Assembly (NCBI GenBank): GCA_963746905.1
Contig: CAVVCY010000003.1
Coordinates: 790,057 to 854,056 of the forward strand
Direction of reading: 5' to 3'
DNA: 64,000 bases
DNA from: an uncultured Acidobacteriota bacterium
GTDB lineage: Bacteria > Actinomycetota > Acidimicrobiia > Spongiisociales > ZC4RG35
Shown: one piece after another, positions 1 to 9,583 of the stretch
Layout: the number at the start of each line of letters is the position of its first letter
Numbering within the stretch: position 1 is the first letter of the stretch
Program-made: the position numbers and the translations under genes
Notes under the pieces: model-generated
Told to the model about the DNA's origin: nothing
The model's database searches: none
The model's input: the letters and a program-made list of their open reading frames with translations, nothing else

Positions 1-81
1 GATGTCATCGGTGTAGGTGGCCAGGGTGGCGGCCACGTCCTGGGCGTTCTCCGCGGCGAAATGCTGATCGACGATGTCCAT
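1..81 (-). CDS. N-terminus of a SnoaL/NTF2-like (ester cyclase-type) protein, running off the window
   Basis: Manual translation MDIVDQHFAAENAQDVAATLATYTDDI; GGAG RBS upstream on the minus strand. Confidence 0.55.
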   Translation of the reverse strand, partial: MDIVDQHFAAENAQDVAATLATYTDDI

Positions 82-137
82 GGGTTTCTCCTTCGGATCT
101 ATCTAACTCTGGTCCCGGCCAAGCCAGTTCGGAAATC

Positions 138-159
138 TGTCACACCCACTCTGTATGTT
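138..159 (+). promoter_or_regulatory. PafBC/RecA-NDp-like DNA-damage promoter
   Basis: TGTCAC-N10-TATGTT resembles TGTCGG-N10-TA-N3-T; in-frame ATG 7 nt downstream (leaderless). Confidence 0.45.
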
Positions 160-165
160 CTCATC

Positions 166-1335
166 ATGGGCAGGGGAGAGACCTCGACACAGGTCATGCC
201 GATCATCATCCCCCGATTGGATGATCCGGCTTCTGCGTCAGCTGATGAGCGTGACGAGCACCTGATGCTGCTCGAGGCTGCCCGCCATTCCCTCGACGTG
301 GAGTGGGCTCAAACCCTGGGAGCCGCCGAGGCGGCCGGCGATCACGAGGTGATGGGCTATCCGTCCATGGTCGCCTATCTCAAGCACCGAATGAGGATGG
401 CCGGTGGCCGGGCGCATCGCTACGTCAGGGACGCCCGGGCAGTCCTCAAGTTCCCCGCCACCTTGGCGGCGTGGAAGCAGCGTCAGATTTCCACGGACGA
501 AGCCGAGTTGATGTTTCAAGCCTCGGAGCGGCTTCCCGACAAGTACCCCGAGGCAGAGCGGCACCTCCTCGAATTGGTGGGCGACGGCGTCGATGAGACG
601 CGGCGGTTGCTCGACTATTGGCGCAGCGACGTCGACCTCCCCGGCGTCCGACTGGAAATTGAAGAGCAACTCCAGCGACGGCACTTCGACGTCACCCGAA
701 GGGCGAATGGGATGGTGGCCGGTGAGTTCGCCCTGCCCCAGATCGAAGGCGAGTCACTGCTCACGGCTCTCGATGCCCTCATGCCACCTCCCGACGCGAG
801 CGACAGCCGGACCACCAGTCAGCGTCGGGCCGACGCCATGGGTGATCTGGCTCGAAGCTTTCTCGAAGGATCGGAGCCACCGATCGTCGGTGGCGAGCGC
901 CCACATATCAACGTCCATGTCGATGTCCCGGCTCTGAAGGGCCTGGGAGGCGGGCTCCACGAGACCGACGACGGGTTCGTGCTCGCCCCCGAGCTCATTG
1001 GACAACTCGCCTGTGACGCCTCGATATCTCGAATCGTGTTTGGTCCCGGCTCCGAAGTTCTCGATGTGGGTCGCAAGACCCGGGTCATTCCGGCTGGGCT
1101 CCGTCGGGCGGTGGTCGCCCGTGACCGTCATTGTGTCGGATCTGGCTGCAGGCATTCGGCCAGATGGTGTGATGTTCACCATCTCGTCTCGTGGGCGGAC
1201 GGCGGCGAGACGGCCATCGACAACCTCTGCCTACTTTGCCGCTATCACCACACGCAGATGCACCTCGGGATGCTGACTCTCGAAGACCTCGACATCCGAG
1301 GGTCGGCGCTGGTGGCTAGCCGTCGAAGGACCTAG
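166..1335 (+). CDS. DUF222 (13E12-repeat family) protein with C-terminal HNH endonuclease
   Basis: QRRADA, LACDA, RDRHC..GC, CDVHH..WADGG.T...NL.LLCRYHH motifs; start at 166 or 196. Confidence 0.9.
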   Translation: MGRGETSTQVMPIIIPRLDDPASASADERDEHLMLLEAARHSLDVEWAQTLGAAEAAGDHEVMGYPSMVAYLKHRMRMAGGRAHRYVRDARAVLKFPATLAAWKQRQISTDEAELMFQASERLPDKYPEAERHLLELVGDGVDETRRLLDYWRSDVDLPGVRLEIEEQLQRRHFDVTRRANGMVAGEFALPQIEGESLLTALDALMPPPDASDSRTTSQRRADAMGDLARSFLEGSEPPIVGGERPHINVHVDVPALKGLGGGLHETDDGFVLAPELIGQLACDASISRIVFGPGSEVLDVGRKTRVIPAGLRRAVVARDRHCVGSGCRHSARWCDVHHLVSWADGGETAIDNLCLLCRYHHTQMHLGMLTLEDLDIRGSALVASRRRT

Positions 1336-1360
1336 GGGCTCAGGCCCCCAAGTCCTTCGA
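1323..1360. terminator. Hairpin between convergent genes
   Basis: tcgaaggac..ggggc / gcccc..gtccttcga inverted repeat. Confidence 0.65.
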
Positions 1361-1369
1361 GGTGATTTC

Positions 1370-4300
1370 TCAGCTACAGCCTGTGGTGTCACCGCAGGTG
1401 AGGCACACGTAACAGCTGCCGTTCCTGATCGTCATGTGCCCGCAGTTGGAGCAAACCGGGGCGTCACCCATGTTCTCCTTGAGAGCGGAGTCGACCATGG
1501 CGGCTGCGCCAGCGGTGACGACCTTGGTCTCGGTCATCTCGACCACGGTGCCCCCTCCGGCCCTGCCGCGCCTGGGGGAGAAACAGCTTCGCTCGCGGGC
1601 TCGGTGTCGGTGTCGACGAACTCGGCTGCCCTTTGCACCACATCCACGTCGGCCTCGGCGGCGGCGTCGAACAGTTCGAGTGGCGTCCCTGCCTCGGCGG
1701 CCAGACCCTTGATCGGTCCGGCCAATTCCATGTCACGGTCGGGCGGCACCTGCGCCAGTTCGTCTCGCTCGAGGTATTCCACGCCAAGGGCCCGGAACAC
1801 ATAGTCCACGATCGAGTTGGCCATCTTGATGTTTGGATGGCCCTCGACCATCCCTCGAGGCTCGAAGGTCTGGAAGGTGAAGGTGTCGACGAACTCCTCC
1901 AACGGCACCCCGTACTGGAGACCCTTGGAGACGGCGATCGCAAAGCAGGAGAGGATGCCCTTCAAGGTTGCCCCCTCCTTGGCCAGGTCGATGAAGATCT
2001 CGCCGAGTGTCCCGTCGTCGTACTCGCCGGTGCGGAGGAACACCTTGTGACCGCCGATCCTCGCCTCCTGGTTGTAACCATTGCGGCGGGCGGGGAGCAG
2101 GAATCGGGGCGGTTGCATTCCCTGGCGGTAGGCCTGGGTGGGGGAGATCCCCGCCGGCAGGTTGCCCCAGTGGATCGCCTTTTCGGCTTCCACCGCGGCG
2201 GTGACCGCCGGTGCCTCGTCTTCGCTCTGCTCACCCTCATCCGACGTGGAGTTGAGAGGTTGGGCGGCCTTGGAACCGTCCCGATAGATAGCCATCGCCT
2301 TGAGACCGAGCTCCCACGACATGCGGTAGGCCTCTTCGATGTCCTCGACAGTGATCTCGTTCGGCATGTTGATCGTCTTGGAGATCGCCCCTGAGATGAA
2401 AGGCTGGGCCGCCGCCATCATCTTGATGTGCCCGTTGTGGTGGATGAAACGGGTCCCGTACTTCCCGTTCTTGTTGGCGGTGTCGAACACCACGAGGTGC
2501 TCTTCCTTGACATGCGGAGCGCCTTCAATGGTCTGATGTCCGCAGATGTGGTCGTTCGCCTCGTTGATCTGGGTCTGGGTGAAGCCGAGGGCCCGCAGCA
2601 TGTTGAAGTCCCACCCGGTGTACTCATCGACTGTGTAGCCGAGCCGTTGCAGGGTCTCCTCACCGAAGGTGAAGACATTGAACGTGTGTCGCAGCTCGAA
2701 CACCGAGGTGAGGGCGGCCTCCACCTTGTCCAGATCCACCTCGTCGAAGCCCTTTTCGGTGAGTGACTGCCGATTGATGTGGGGAGAACCTTCGAGGGAG
2801 CTGGTGCCAACGATGTATTCGACGACATCCTTGATCTGGTCGGCGTCGTACCCCAGGTGGGCCAGGGCGGGGGTCACCGACTGGTTGACGATCTTGAAGT
2901 AGCCGCCTCCTGCCAATTTCTTGAACTTGATGAGCGAGAAGTCAGGCTCGACCCCGGTGGTGTCACAATCCATGACCAAGCCGATGGTTCCAGTCGGCGC
3001 TAAAACCGTGGCCTGGGCGTTGCGGTAGCCGTTGGTCTCGCCCACCTCCAGGGCAAGGTCCCACGAGGTGCGGGCTGCGGCCAGGAGATCCTCCGGGCAG
3101 ACCTCGGGGTCGATGCCCATCACTTTGTGGCTGACCGACTCGAAGTCAGCTTCGTTATAGGCGGCACGGCGGTGGTTGCGGATCACCCGGAGCATCGGCT
3201 CGCGGTTCTCGGCAAAGCGCGGGAACGGCCCGATCACGCCGGCAATCTCTGCCGAGGTGGCGTACGAATGCCCGGTCAGGACCGAGGTGAGCGCACCGGC
3301 GATAGCGCGGCCCTCGTCGGAGTCGTAGGCGACTCCCTGACGCATCAACAGTGAGCCGAGGTTGGCGTAGCCGAGACCGAGGGTCCGGTAGTCATACGAG
3401 CCCTGGGCGATCTCCCGGGAGGGGAAGTGGGCCATGGCCACCGAGATCTCGAGGACGATGGTCCATAGCCGGATGGCGTGCTGATAGGCCTCGACATCGA
3501 AGACCGCCGCCTCGTCGTCGTAGAACCGGACCAGATTGATCGAGGCCAGGTTGCAGGCGGTGTCATCGAGGAACATGTACTCACTGCACGGGTTGCTGGC
3601 CCGGATCCGGCCACCGGCAGGGCTGGTGTGCCATTCGTTGACCGTGGTGTCGAATTGGAGCCCGGGGTCGGCGCAGGCCCATGCGGCCTCGGCGATCCGG
3701 TTCCAGAGGTCGCGGGACTTCACTGTCTTGCGGACCGACCCGTCCGTCCGATTGATCAGGTCCCAATCGCCGTCGTCGACCACCGACTGGACGAAGTCGT
3801 TGGTGATGCGCACCGAGTTGTTCGAGTTCTGCCCGGAGACAGTCGCGTAAGCGTCTCCGTTGAAGTCTGCGGCAAAGCCGCCGTGGTTGATCAGGACGCG
3901 GGCCTTGTCCTCCTCGACCTTCTTCCAATCGACGAACTTCTCGATATCGGGATGGTCAACGTCGAGGATGACCATCTTGGCGGCGCGACGGGTGGTGCCG
4001 CCCGACTTGATCGCACCCGCAGCCCGGTCACCGATCTTGAGAAAGGACATGACCCCTGAAGACTTGCCACCGCCGGAAAGGCGCTCGTTCTCGGCGCGGA
4101 TCTGGGAGAAGTTGGAGCCGGCGCCTGATCCGAATTTGAAGATCCTGGCCTCGCGGACCCAGAGGTCCATGATCCCCCCCGGGTTCACCAGGTCGTCTTT
4201 GACCGACAAGATGAAGCAGGCATGCGGCGACGGTCGGCTGTAGGAGTCGGGTGAGGCCTTCATCTCGCCATCGGCGCCATCGACGTACCAGAAACCCTGG

Positions 4301-4776
4301 GCGGGACCGGTCAGGCCGTAGGCCCAGTTGAGGCCGGTGTTGAACCATTGCGGTGAGTTAGGGGCGGCCATCTGGTTGGCGAGCATGTAGCGAAGCTCGT
4401 CCTCGAAGGCGGCTGCATCCTCGGGTGTTGCGAAGTAACCGTCCTTCTCGCCCCAGTGCCGCCATGTGCCGGCCAAGCGGTTGAACACCTGCTTGGCGGA
4501 GCGCTCCGGGCCCATGACCGGTTGCCCGGCGTCGTCGAAGACCTGATTCCCCTCCTCGTCGAACTGGGGGACCCCCGCCTTGCGGAAATATTTGGAGACG
4601 ATGATGTCTGCGGCGACCTGACTCCAGGCGGAGGGGATCTCGGCATCGGTCATCTCGAAGACGATCGAGCCGTCGGGGTTGGTGATCCTCGAGTCACGAC
4701 GCGACCAATCGATCTTGTCGTAGGCGTCCTCTCCGGCCTCGGTGAAGCGACGATTGATCCGCAGGCCGTTACTCAT
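1370..4776 (-). CDS. nrdJ: Class II (adenosylcobalamin-dependent) ribonucleotide reductase; frame break near 1550-1580 separates the C-terminal Cys tail
   Basis: PNSP, HACF, SNPCSE, APTGT, ISKTIN and a TSCPD-like region; another frame ends GDAPVCSNCGHMTIRNGSCYVCLTCGDTTGCS* at 1370. Confidence 0.93.
1548..1586 (+). repeat. Internally deleted REP-like repeat inside the nrdJ C-terminal linker
   Basis: ccccctccggccc-tgccgcgcctgggggagaaacag matches both ends of the reverse complement of 41998-42059. Confidence 0.75.
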
Positions 4777-4846
4777 GAATAGTGCCTCCTCTGCACTTTT
4801 CGTCCGTAGTCATGCTACGAGGACGAGGTCCATAAATCTGCTCCTA

Positions 4847-4893
4847 CCACAAGATGTAGTGGTCCGGGGGGAAGTGACCACGACATCTGGTAT
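4847..4893. promoter_or_regulatory. Tandem NrdR boxes
   Basis: ccacaagatgtagtgg (4847-4862) and ccacgacatctggtat (4878-4893), 31 bp apart, upstream of nrdJ. Confidence 0.85.
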
Positions 4894-4903
4894 GGACTTC
4901 AAT

Positions 4904-4932
4904 ACTGTAATTACATCCCTGTCACGGGTCAA
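4904..4932 (-). promoter_or_regulatory. Sigma70-type promoter of nrdJ
   Basis: TTGACC-N17-TACAGT just upstream of the NrdR boxes. Confidence 0.7.
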
Positions 4933-5096
4933 GGATTGTTTCCCCGATGCCCGGAGTCTCGATTCAGAGCGCGAAAATCAACGCTCTGCCGGGGACGTGA
5001 AAGGCTCGATGACCATTCAGGGAAGTGGTCGGCACCCTAGGTCGGGCATGCTCGAGCCCGCCAGCCGTGGCCGTGAAGAGATTTCGCGACTGTTTG

Positions 5097-6446
5097 TCAG
5101 GGGACGCGAATCGCCTCGAACAAGGTCCACGTGTCAGGCACGCCCTTCAACTGGTGCGGGCCCCGGTCGGCGAATTCGATCCCCGAGCCGAGAACCAGTT
5201 CCTTGACCGTCGCCGATGCCAGGATCGTTCCCGGACCCGCTTCGGCCATGATCCGATTGGCGAGATGGACCGCAAGCCCACCGACCTGGTCACCGGACAA
5301 CTCGATCTCCCCGGTGTGAAGCCCGGCTCTGATCTCGATGCCGAGCTCGCCAAGTTGCTCGATTATTCGCGCCGCACTTGTGACCGCTCTGGCCGGCCCG
5401 TCGAACAGCGCCAGGAATCCGTCACCGGTCTGAGCCACTTCGCGGCCCCGGTGCTTTTGCAGGTTCTCCCGGACCAGGTCGTCATGTGACTGGCGGAGCG
5501 AGATCCAGGCGGCGTCACCGATCCTGGCTGCGGTCTGTGTGGAGCCGACTATGTCCGTGAACAAAACTGTGCTCAGGACACGGTCTACCGGAGATACTGC
5601 GGGAGCGCCGGTGAGGAACTGTTCGACTTGATCCAGGACCGCATCGGAGTCCCCTGCCTGGAATGGGTAGGTGTCGGCCCCTGGTAGCTCCACGTATTTC
5701 GCCCCGGTTATGTGATCGGCCAGGTAACGGCCAAATGTGGGTCGGTGGTGCAAAGCGTCGGAGCGATTCACTACGAGGGTCGGCGCCTGGATCGCCGGCA
5801 ACGCCATACGAACATCGAGGTTCGTGACCCACCGATACCCCTCGGTTGCAGCCCCACGAGGCATTGCCAGCCTCTGGTAGCGCCGGTACCAGTCGCGAAA
5901 CCGGGGATCCCGGGCTGCCGTGGGCGCTGTCACTTGGAGGATGTCGGCATCGACCCCCCAGTGGTCCTCGTACGCCTGGGTCAGTCTTTCCACCGAGTCG
6001 TCAGGCATCCCGATCGGGTAGTCGCTGTCCCGTCTCCATCGGGCGAAGGTGTTGATCAGGACGACGGCCGTGACCCGCTCGGGGTAGGTGGCCGCAAACA
6101 GGATCGCCATCGGCCCGCCTTCGACATCGCCGATCACCACGGTCTGGTCGACTCCGGCCGCGTCGAGGACTACGCGGGCGTCGTCCATCCACTCCTCCAG
6201 GGCAGGCGAGGTGTTCCAGGGGACAGGGTCGGAGACACCTGACCCCCTCTTGTCGAAACAGACGACCCGGCTGAACGACGCCAGGCGACCCATATACCTG
6301 GCGAGCCCGGGCTCATCCCACATCACGTCCAGGTTTTGGGCCCAGCTGGTGATGAACAGCGTTGAAATCGGGCCTTCCCCGAATACCTGATAGGCCACAT
6401 AGCCGGCGTCGGAAGTGGCGTAACGAGTCTCCGGTTGGGTATCCAT
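5097..6446 (-). CDS. Alpha/beta-hydrolase plus class III adenylate/guanylate cyclase (LipJ/Rv1900c-like)
   Basis: FDKRGSGVSD; FTDIVGST, TGDG, RAGLHTGE, GLAVH motifs. Confidence 0.9.
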   Translation of the reverse strand: MDTQPETRYATSDAGYVAYQVFGEGPISTLFITSWAQNLDVMWDEPGLARYMGRLASFSRVVCFDKRGSGVSDPVPWNTSPALEEWMDDARVVLDAAGVDQTVVIGDVEGGPMAILFAATYPERVTAVVLINTFARWRRDSDYPIGMPDDSVERLTQAYEDHWGVDADILQVTAPTAARDPRFRDWYRRYQRLAMPRGAATEGYRWVTNLDVRMALPAIQAPTLVVNRSDALHHRPTFGRYLADHITGAKYVELPGADTYPFQAGDSDAVLDQVEQFLTGAPAVSPVDRVLSTVLFTDIVGSTQTAARIGDAAWISLRQSHDDLVRENLQKHRGREVAQTGDGFLALFDGPARAVTSAARIIEQLGELGIEIRAGLHTGEIELSGDQVGGLAVHLANRIMAEAGPGTILASATVKELVLGSGIEFADRGPHQLKGVPDTWTLFEAIRVP

Positions 6447-6459
6447 CAGCAGAGGGCTC

Positions 6460-7332
6460 TCAGACTCCGGCCTGATCCCACCAATACCGGATCATCAATG
6501 AGGCTTCGGGGCCCGCATCGTCCTGCCAGTAGTGGCCGGCGTGGCGGAGGATGTAGGTGCGGCGGTTGGTCAGCACGCTCTCCCAACGCCGCTTCTCCGC
6601 CCCCCGGAACACCGGGTCCTGGTCGGCCCAAAATAGAAGCGACGGCCTGTCGGCGATCTCGGGGAGGCGCTCCTCGATCGAGGCCAGCCACTCGGAGGAG
6701 CCCATCACCTCCCGGGCGAGTACCCGCAGCGGGACACGGGACGCCTGGTTCGGGAACGGACCCCGCCACATCGCCATCTCCCTCCCTGAAGGGCTGCGGC
6801 GTCGCATCGCCCTCCTCACCAAGAGATTGACGAACACGTTGGCGCGGTCGACCAGGAACTCTCCGGTCTTGCCTTCCCCCAGGGCGGCGGAGAAGCGCTC
6901 AGCTGCCGCGTCAGTGCGAGGCCAGGCCCAGGTGTTGCCAAGGATGACGGCCCGCACCCGATCCATGCGCTCGAGGGCCAAAGCGAGGCCGATCGGCCCA
7001 CCCCAGTCCTGGAGGACCGGCGTGAAGGAGTCCAGCCCAAGGGCATCGACGAACCGACCGACAGTGGCGGCGTGCTCGGCCGGGGTGTATCCGTATCCCG
7101 CAGCCGCGGTCGAAAGCCCGAACCCCGGGTAGTCCAGGGCGATGCAGCGAAATCGGTCGGACAGGTAGGGCACCATTCGCCGGTAGAGAAACGACCAGGT
7201 GGGATTGCCGTGGAGCATCAGCAGCACAGGCCCTTGGCCCTCGTCGAGATAGTGGATCTTCGCTCCGTCGACTTCCTGCCAGTGACTCTCGAATGGGTAC
7301 AGGTCTTCAACAAACCAGTCAGGTCGCTCCAC
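6460..7332 (-). CDS. Haloalkane dehalogenase-like alpha/beta hydrolase
   Basis: HGNPTWSFLYR, QDWGG, GNTW, AGHYWQDD. Confidence 0.85.
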   Translation of the reverse strand: MERPDWFVEDLYPFESHWQEVDGAKIHYLDEGQGPVLLMLHGNPTWSFLYRRMVPYLSDRFRCIALDYPGFGLSTAAAGYGYTPAEHAATVGRFVDALGLDSFTPVLQDWGGPIGLALALERMDRVRAVILGNTWAWPRTDAAAERFSAALGEGKTGEFLVDRANVFVNLLVRRAMRRRSPSGREMAMWRGPFPNQASRVPLRVLAREVMGSSEWLASIEERLPEIADRPSLLFWADQDPVFRGAEKRRWESVLTNRRTYILRHAGHYWQDDAGPEASLMIRYWWDQAGV

Positions 7333-7365
7333 GATCCCGCAACCTACTCCTTGTCCGATGCCACC

Positions 7366-8019
7366 TCAGTTGGCGACATGATCGCCTTCTTCGTCGATAT
7401 CGGTAACGGGGTCGAGGGTCAGGCGCGGCAAGAAAAAGTGGACCAGGGGGCCGACGAGCAGAGCGAAGATCACAGTGCCCCAGCCAAACGTTCCGCCCAG
7501 AGCCCAGCCGATCGCCAGGACCACGACCTCGATCACGGTGCGGGTCAGGCGAATCGAATAGCCGCGTTTGGCGATGCCGGTCATCAGACCGTCACGAGGG
7601 CCGGGGCCGAGATGAGCTCCGATGTAGAGCCCGGAGGCTGCGCCTATGAGCAGCACACCACCAAGCAGCATCATCCAGGCCATGAGCGTGGTCCCTGGGT
7701 CGGGGATCACTGCCGATGCAGCGTCGATCATGATGCCGATGATGACGACATTGGCCATTGTCCCGACACCGATCCGCTCGCCGAGCGGGATCCAGAGCAG
7801 CAGTACGAAGCCGGAGACGATGATCGACCAGATGCCGACGGTGAGCCCGAACCTCACGCTGAGGCCCTGGTGGAGCACGTCCCACGGCGGGACGCCCAAG
7901 CCCGATGCCAGCATCAGCCCGATGCCGAAGCCAAACATCGAGAGCCCGATGGCGAGTTGCACCAACCGCCGGGGCAGGCTGTAAGCCTTCTTGGAGAAGA
8001 CTCGGGACGGTTCGCTCAC
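7366..8019 (-). CDS. YczE/YitT-family membrane protein
   Basis: LGVPPWDVLHQG and LGPGPRDGLMTG; GTG start inferred. Confidence 0.85.
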   Translation of the reverse strand: MSEPSRVFSKKAYSLPRRLVQLAIGLSMFGFGIGLMLASGLGVPPWDVLHQGLSVRFGLTVGIWSIIVSGFVLLLWIPLGERIGVGTMANVVIIGIMIDAASAVIPDPGTTLMAWMMLLGGVLLIGAASGLYIGAHLGPGPRDGLMTGIAKRGYSIRLTRTVIEVVVLAIGWALGGTFGWGTVIFALLVGPLVHFFLPRLTLDPVTDIDEEGDHVAN

Positions 8020-8122
8020 TCGATGATTGTGCTGGATCTGTCGGCTGAGTCCGAAATGCAGGCTCGCTCCGGCTCCAGTCACTTCATTGATGCCGGGACC
8101 GGACCGCCTAACGTGATCCCCG

Positions 8123-9094
8123 ATGACAGGGCTCAGACCGCCACCCCGGGCCGAGACTCCGACGCGGGTGGTCGCCCGCTTCATCGGGCTCATCTTTCTC
8201 CTCATCCTTACCGGCTCGGCGATCTGGGCGGTCGTGACCAACCAACGCATCGACCTGATCGAAGTGACTTCCACGGAAGACCTGGATCGGACTGCATTCA
8301 CCACCACCGACGGCACTGCCCTGGCCTATGTTCAGGAGGGATCAGGGGCGGTGCCTGTGGTCTTGCTCCACGACTTCGACGTCGCCGGCGGCGTTCTTTG
8401 GGACAGCGTGGTGGCTTCCCTGGGCGACCAGGTGACTGCCCTTCGCATAGATCTCCCGGGATTCGGGCTGAGCGACCGGGTGCCCGAGGAGGGAAGTGAT
8501 CACACGGTCGCGGTGATGGCGGAGATGGTGACCGAGGTGGTTGGGAATCGTTTCGACGGCCCGGCTGTGTTCGCCGGCGTTGGCCTCGGAGGCAAGGTGG
8601 CGGCGGAGATCTCGGTGATCCACCCAGAAATCGTCTCCGGCTTGGTCATGGTCGATGTCGACTTCGAGAAGTCCCGGGGATGGGTGGAGTTCATGGAGAA
8701 ACTCCCTTTCTACGGCCGGCCGGTCACTTTCTCGTTCGACGGTGGTGGCGCATTTTCGGCAGCCCGATGGGCTCCGAACTGCGAGTCCGGCGGATGGTGC
8801 CCGACCCAGGACCAGGCGGCAAGAAGAGACGTCACCGAGACTGTCGAGAACACCTCGGAATCGCTGCGCGCCCACCGGAGGACGCCCGCGGCGTCGGTGG
8901 TTCCGTCCAAGCTCAACGAGATCACGGCGCCCACCTACTACCTGTGGAGCCAGGAGGGTGATGTGCCGCGGGAATCAGTCGATTCGATCCTCAAAGCCCT
9001 GCCCTCGATGCAGGTCGAGGTGGTCCCGGCATGGAAGGCTCATCTCGAAGCCCCTGAGGTGGTGGCCCAAGCGATCCTGACCGTCGGCTCCTAG
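8123..9094 (+). CDS. Membrane-anchored alpha/beta hydrolase-fold protein, nucleophile apparently missing
   Basis: N-terminal TM helix, DLPGFGLS, GVGLGG at the GxSxG position. Confidence 0.75.
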   Translation: MTGLRPPPRAETPTRVVARFIGLIFLLILTGSAIWAVVTNQRIDLIEVTSTEDLDRTAFTTTDGTALAYVQEGSGAVPVVLLHDFDVAGGVLWDSVVASLGDQVTALRIDLPGFGLSDRVPEEGSDHTVAVMAEMVTEVVGNRFDGPAVFAGVGLGGKVAAEISVIHPEIVSGLVMVDVDFEKSRGWVEFMEKLPFYGRPVTFSFDGGGAFSAARWAPNCESGGWCPTQDQAARRDVTETVENTSESLRAHRRTPAASVVPSKLNEITAPTYYLWSQEGDVPRESVDSILKALPSMQVEVVPAWKAHLEAPEVVAQAILTVGS

Positions 9095-9516
9095 GAGTCA
9101 GAGCGCTCCACGCGCCAGCCACGCGCTCTAAGTTCGTCCGCGAGCAACTCGTCACTGAGAGGACTCAGGTCGAGGGGTGACCTCTCCACTCCGAGGCAGC
9201 GCTCGACGGTGTCGCGGATGGTCCTGGCCCAGGCCTTGCCTTTCGCCTCAGCCTCCATCGTGATCGTGGCGTCTGCGTTCACGGTAAAGACCCGGGCGGT
9301 GATCTGCGGATTGGCCCTCGAGCCACGCTCCCCATAGACGAGGAGGACCGATCCGGCCGGGACGTCCTGGATGCCACCGGTCGCCACGAACGGGCCGTCA
9401 AATGCCCACCCGGAGGACTTGCTGGTGTCTACAGAGTCCACGATTTTTGCCCAGTTCTTGTGTCGTTCGTCGCCGAGCAGTGGAACCTCGATGGCCACCA
9501 GCACCCTGTCGTCCAT
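9091..9516 (-). CDS. Hypothetical protein
   Basis: 141-aa ORF with plausible composition filling the gap between flanking genes. Confidence 0.7.
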   Translation of the reverse strand: MDDRVLVAIEVPLLGDERHKNWAKIVDSVDTSKSSGWAFDGPFVATGGIQDVPAGSVLLVYGERGSRANPQITARVFTVNADATITMEAEAKGKAWARTIRDTVERCLGVERSPLDLSPLSDELLADELRARGWRVERSDS

Positions 9517-9583
9517 GGGACGAGCGTACGCAATCAGGCGCGTGAACCCGCCCCGGCGGGCGATGACGCTTTACCCTTGACCC

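Noticed and set aside
166-1335. DUF222-HNH gene as an insertion sequence
   Set aside because: No DDE/HUH transposase motifs, terminal repeats or target duplication seen.
4777-5096. Cobalamin riboswitch upstream of nrdJ
   Set aside because: No B12-box recognised; the promoter and NrdR boxes explain the region.
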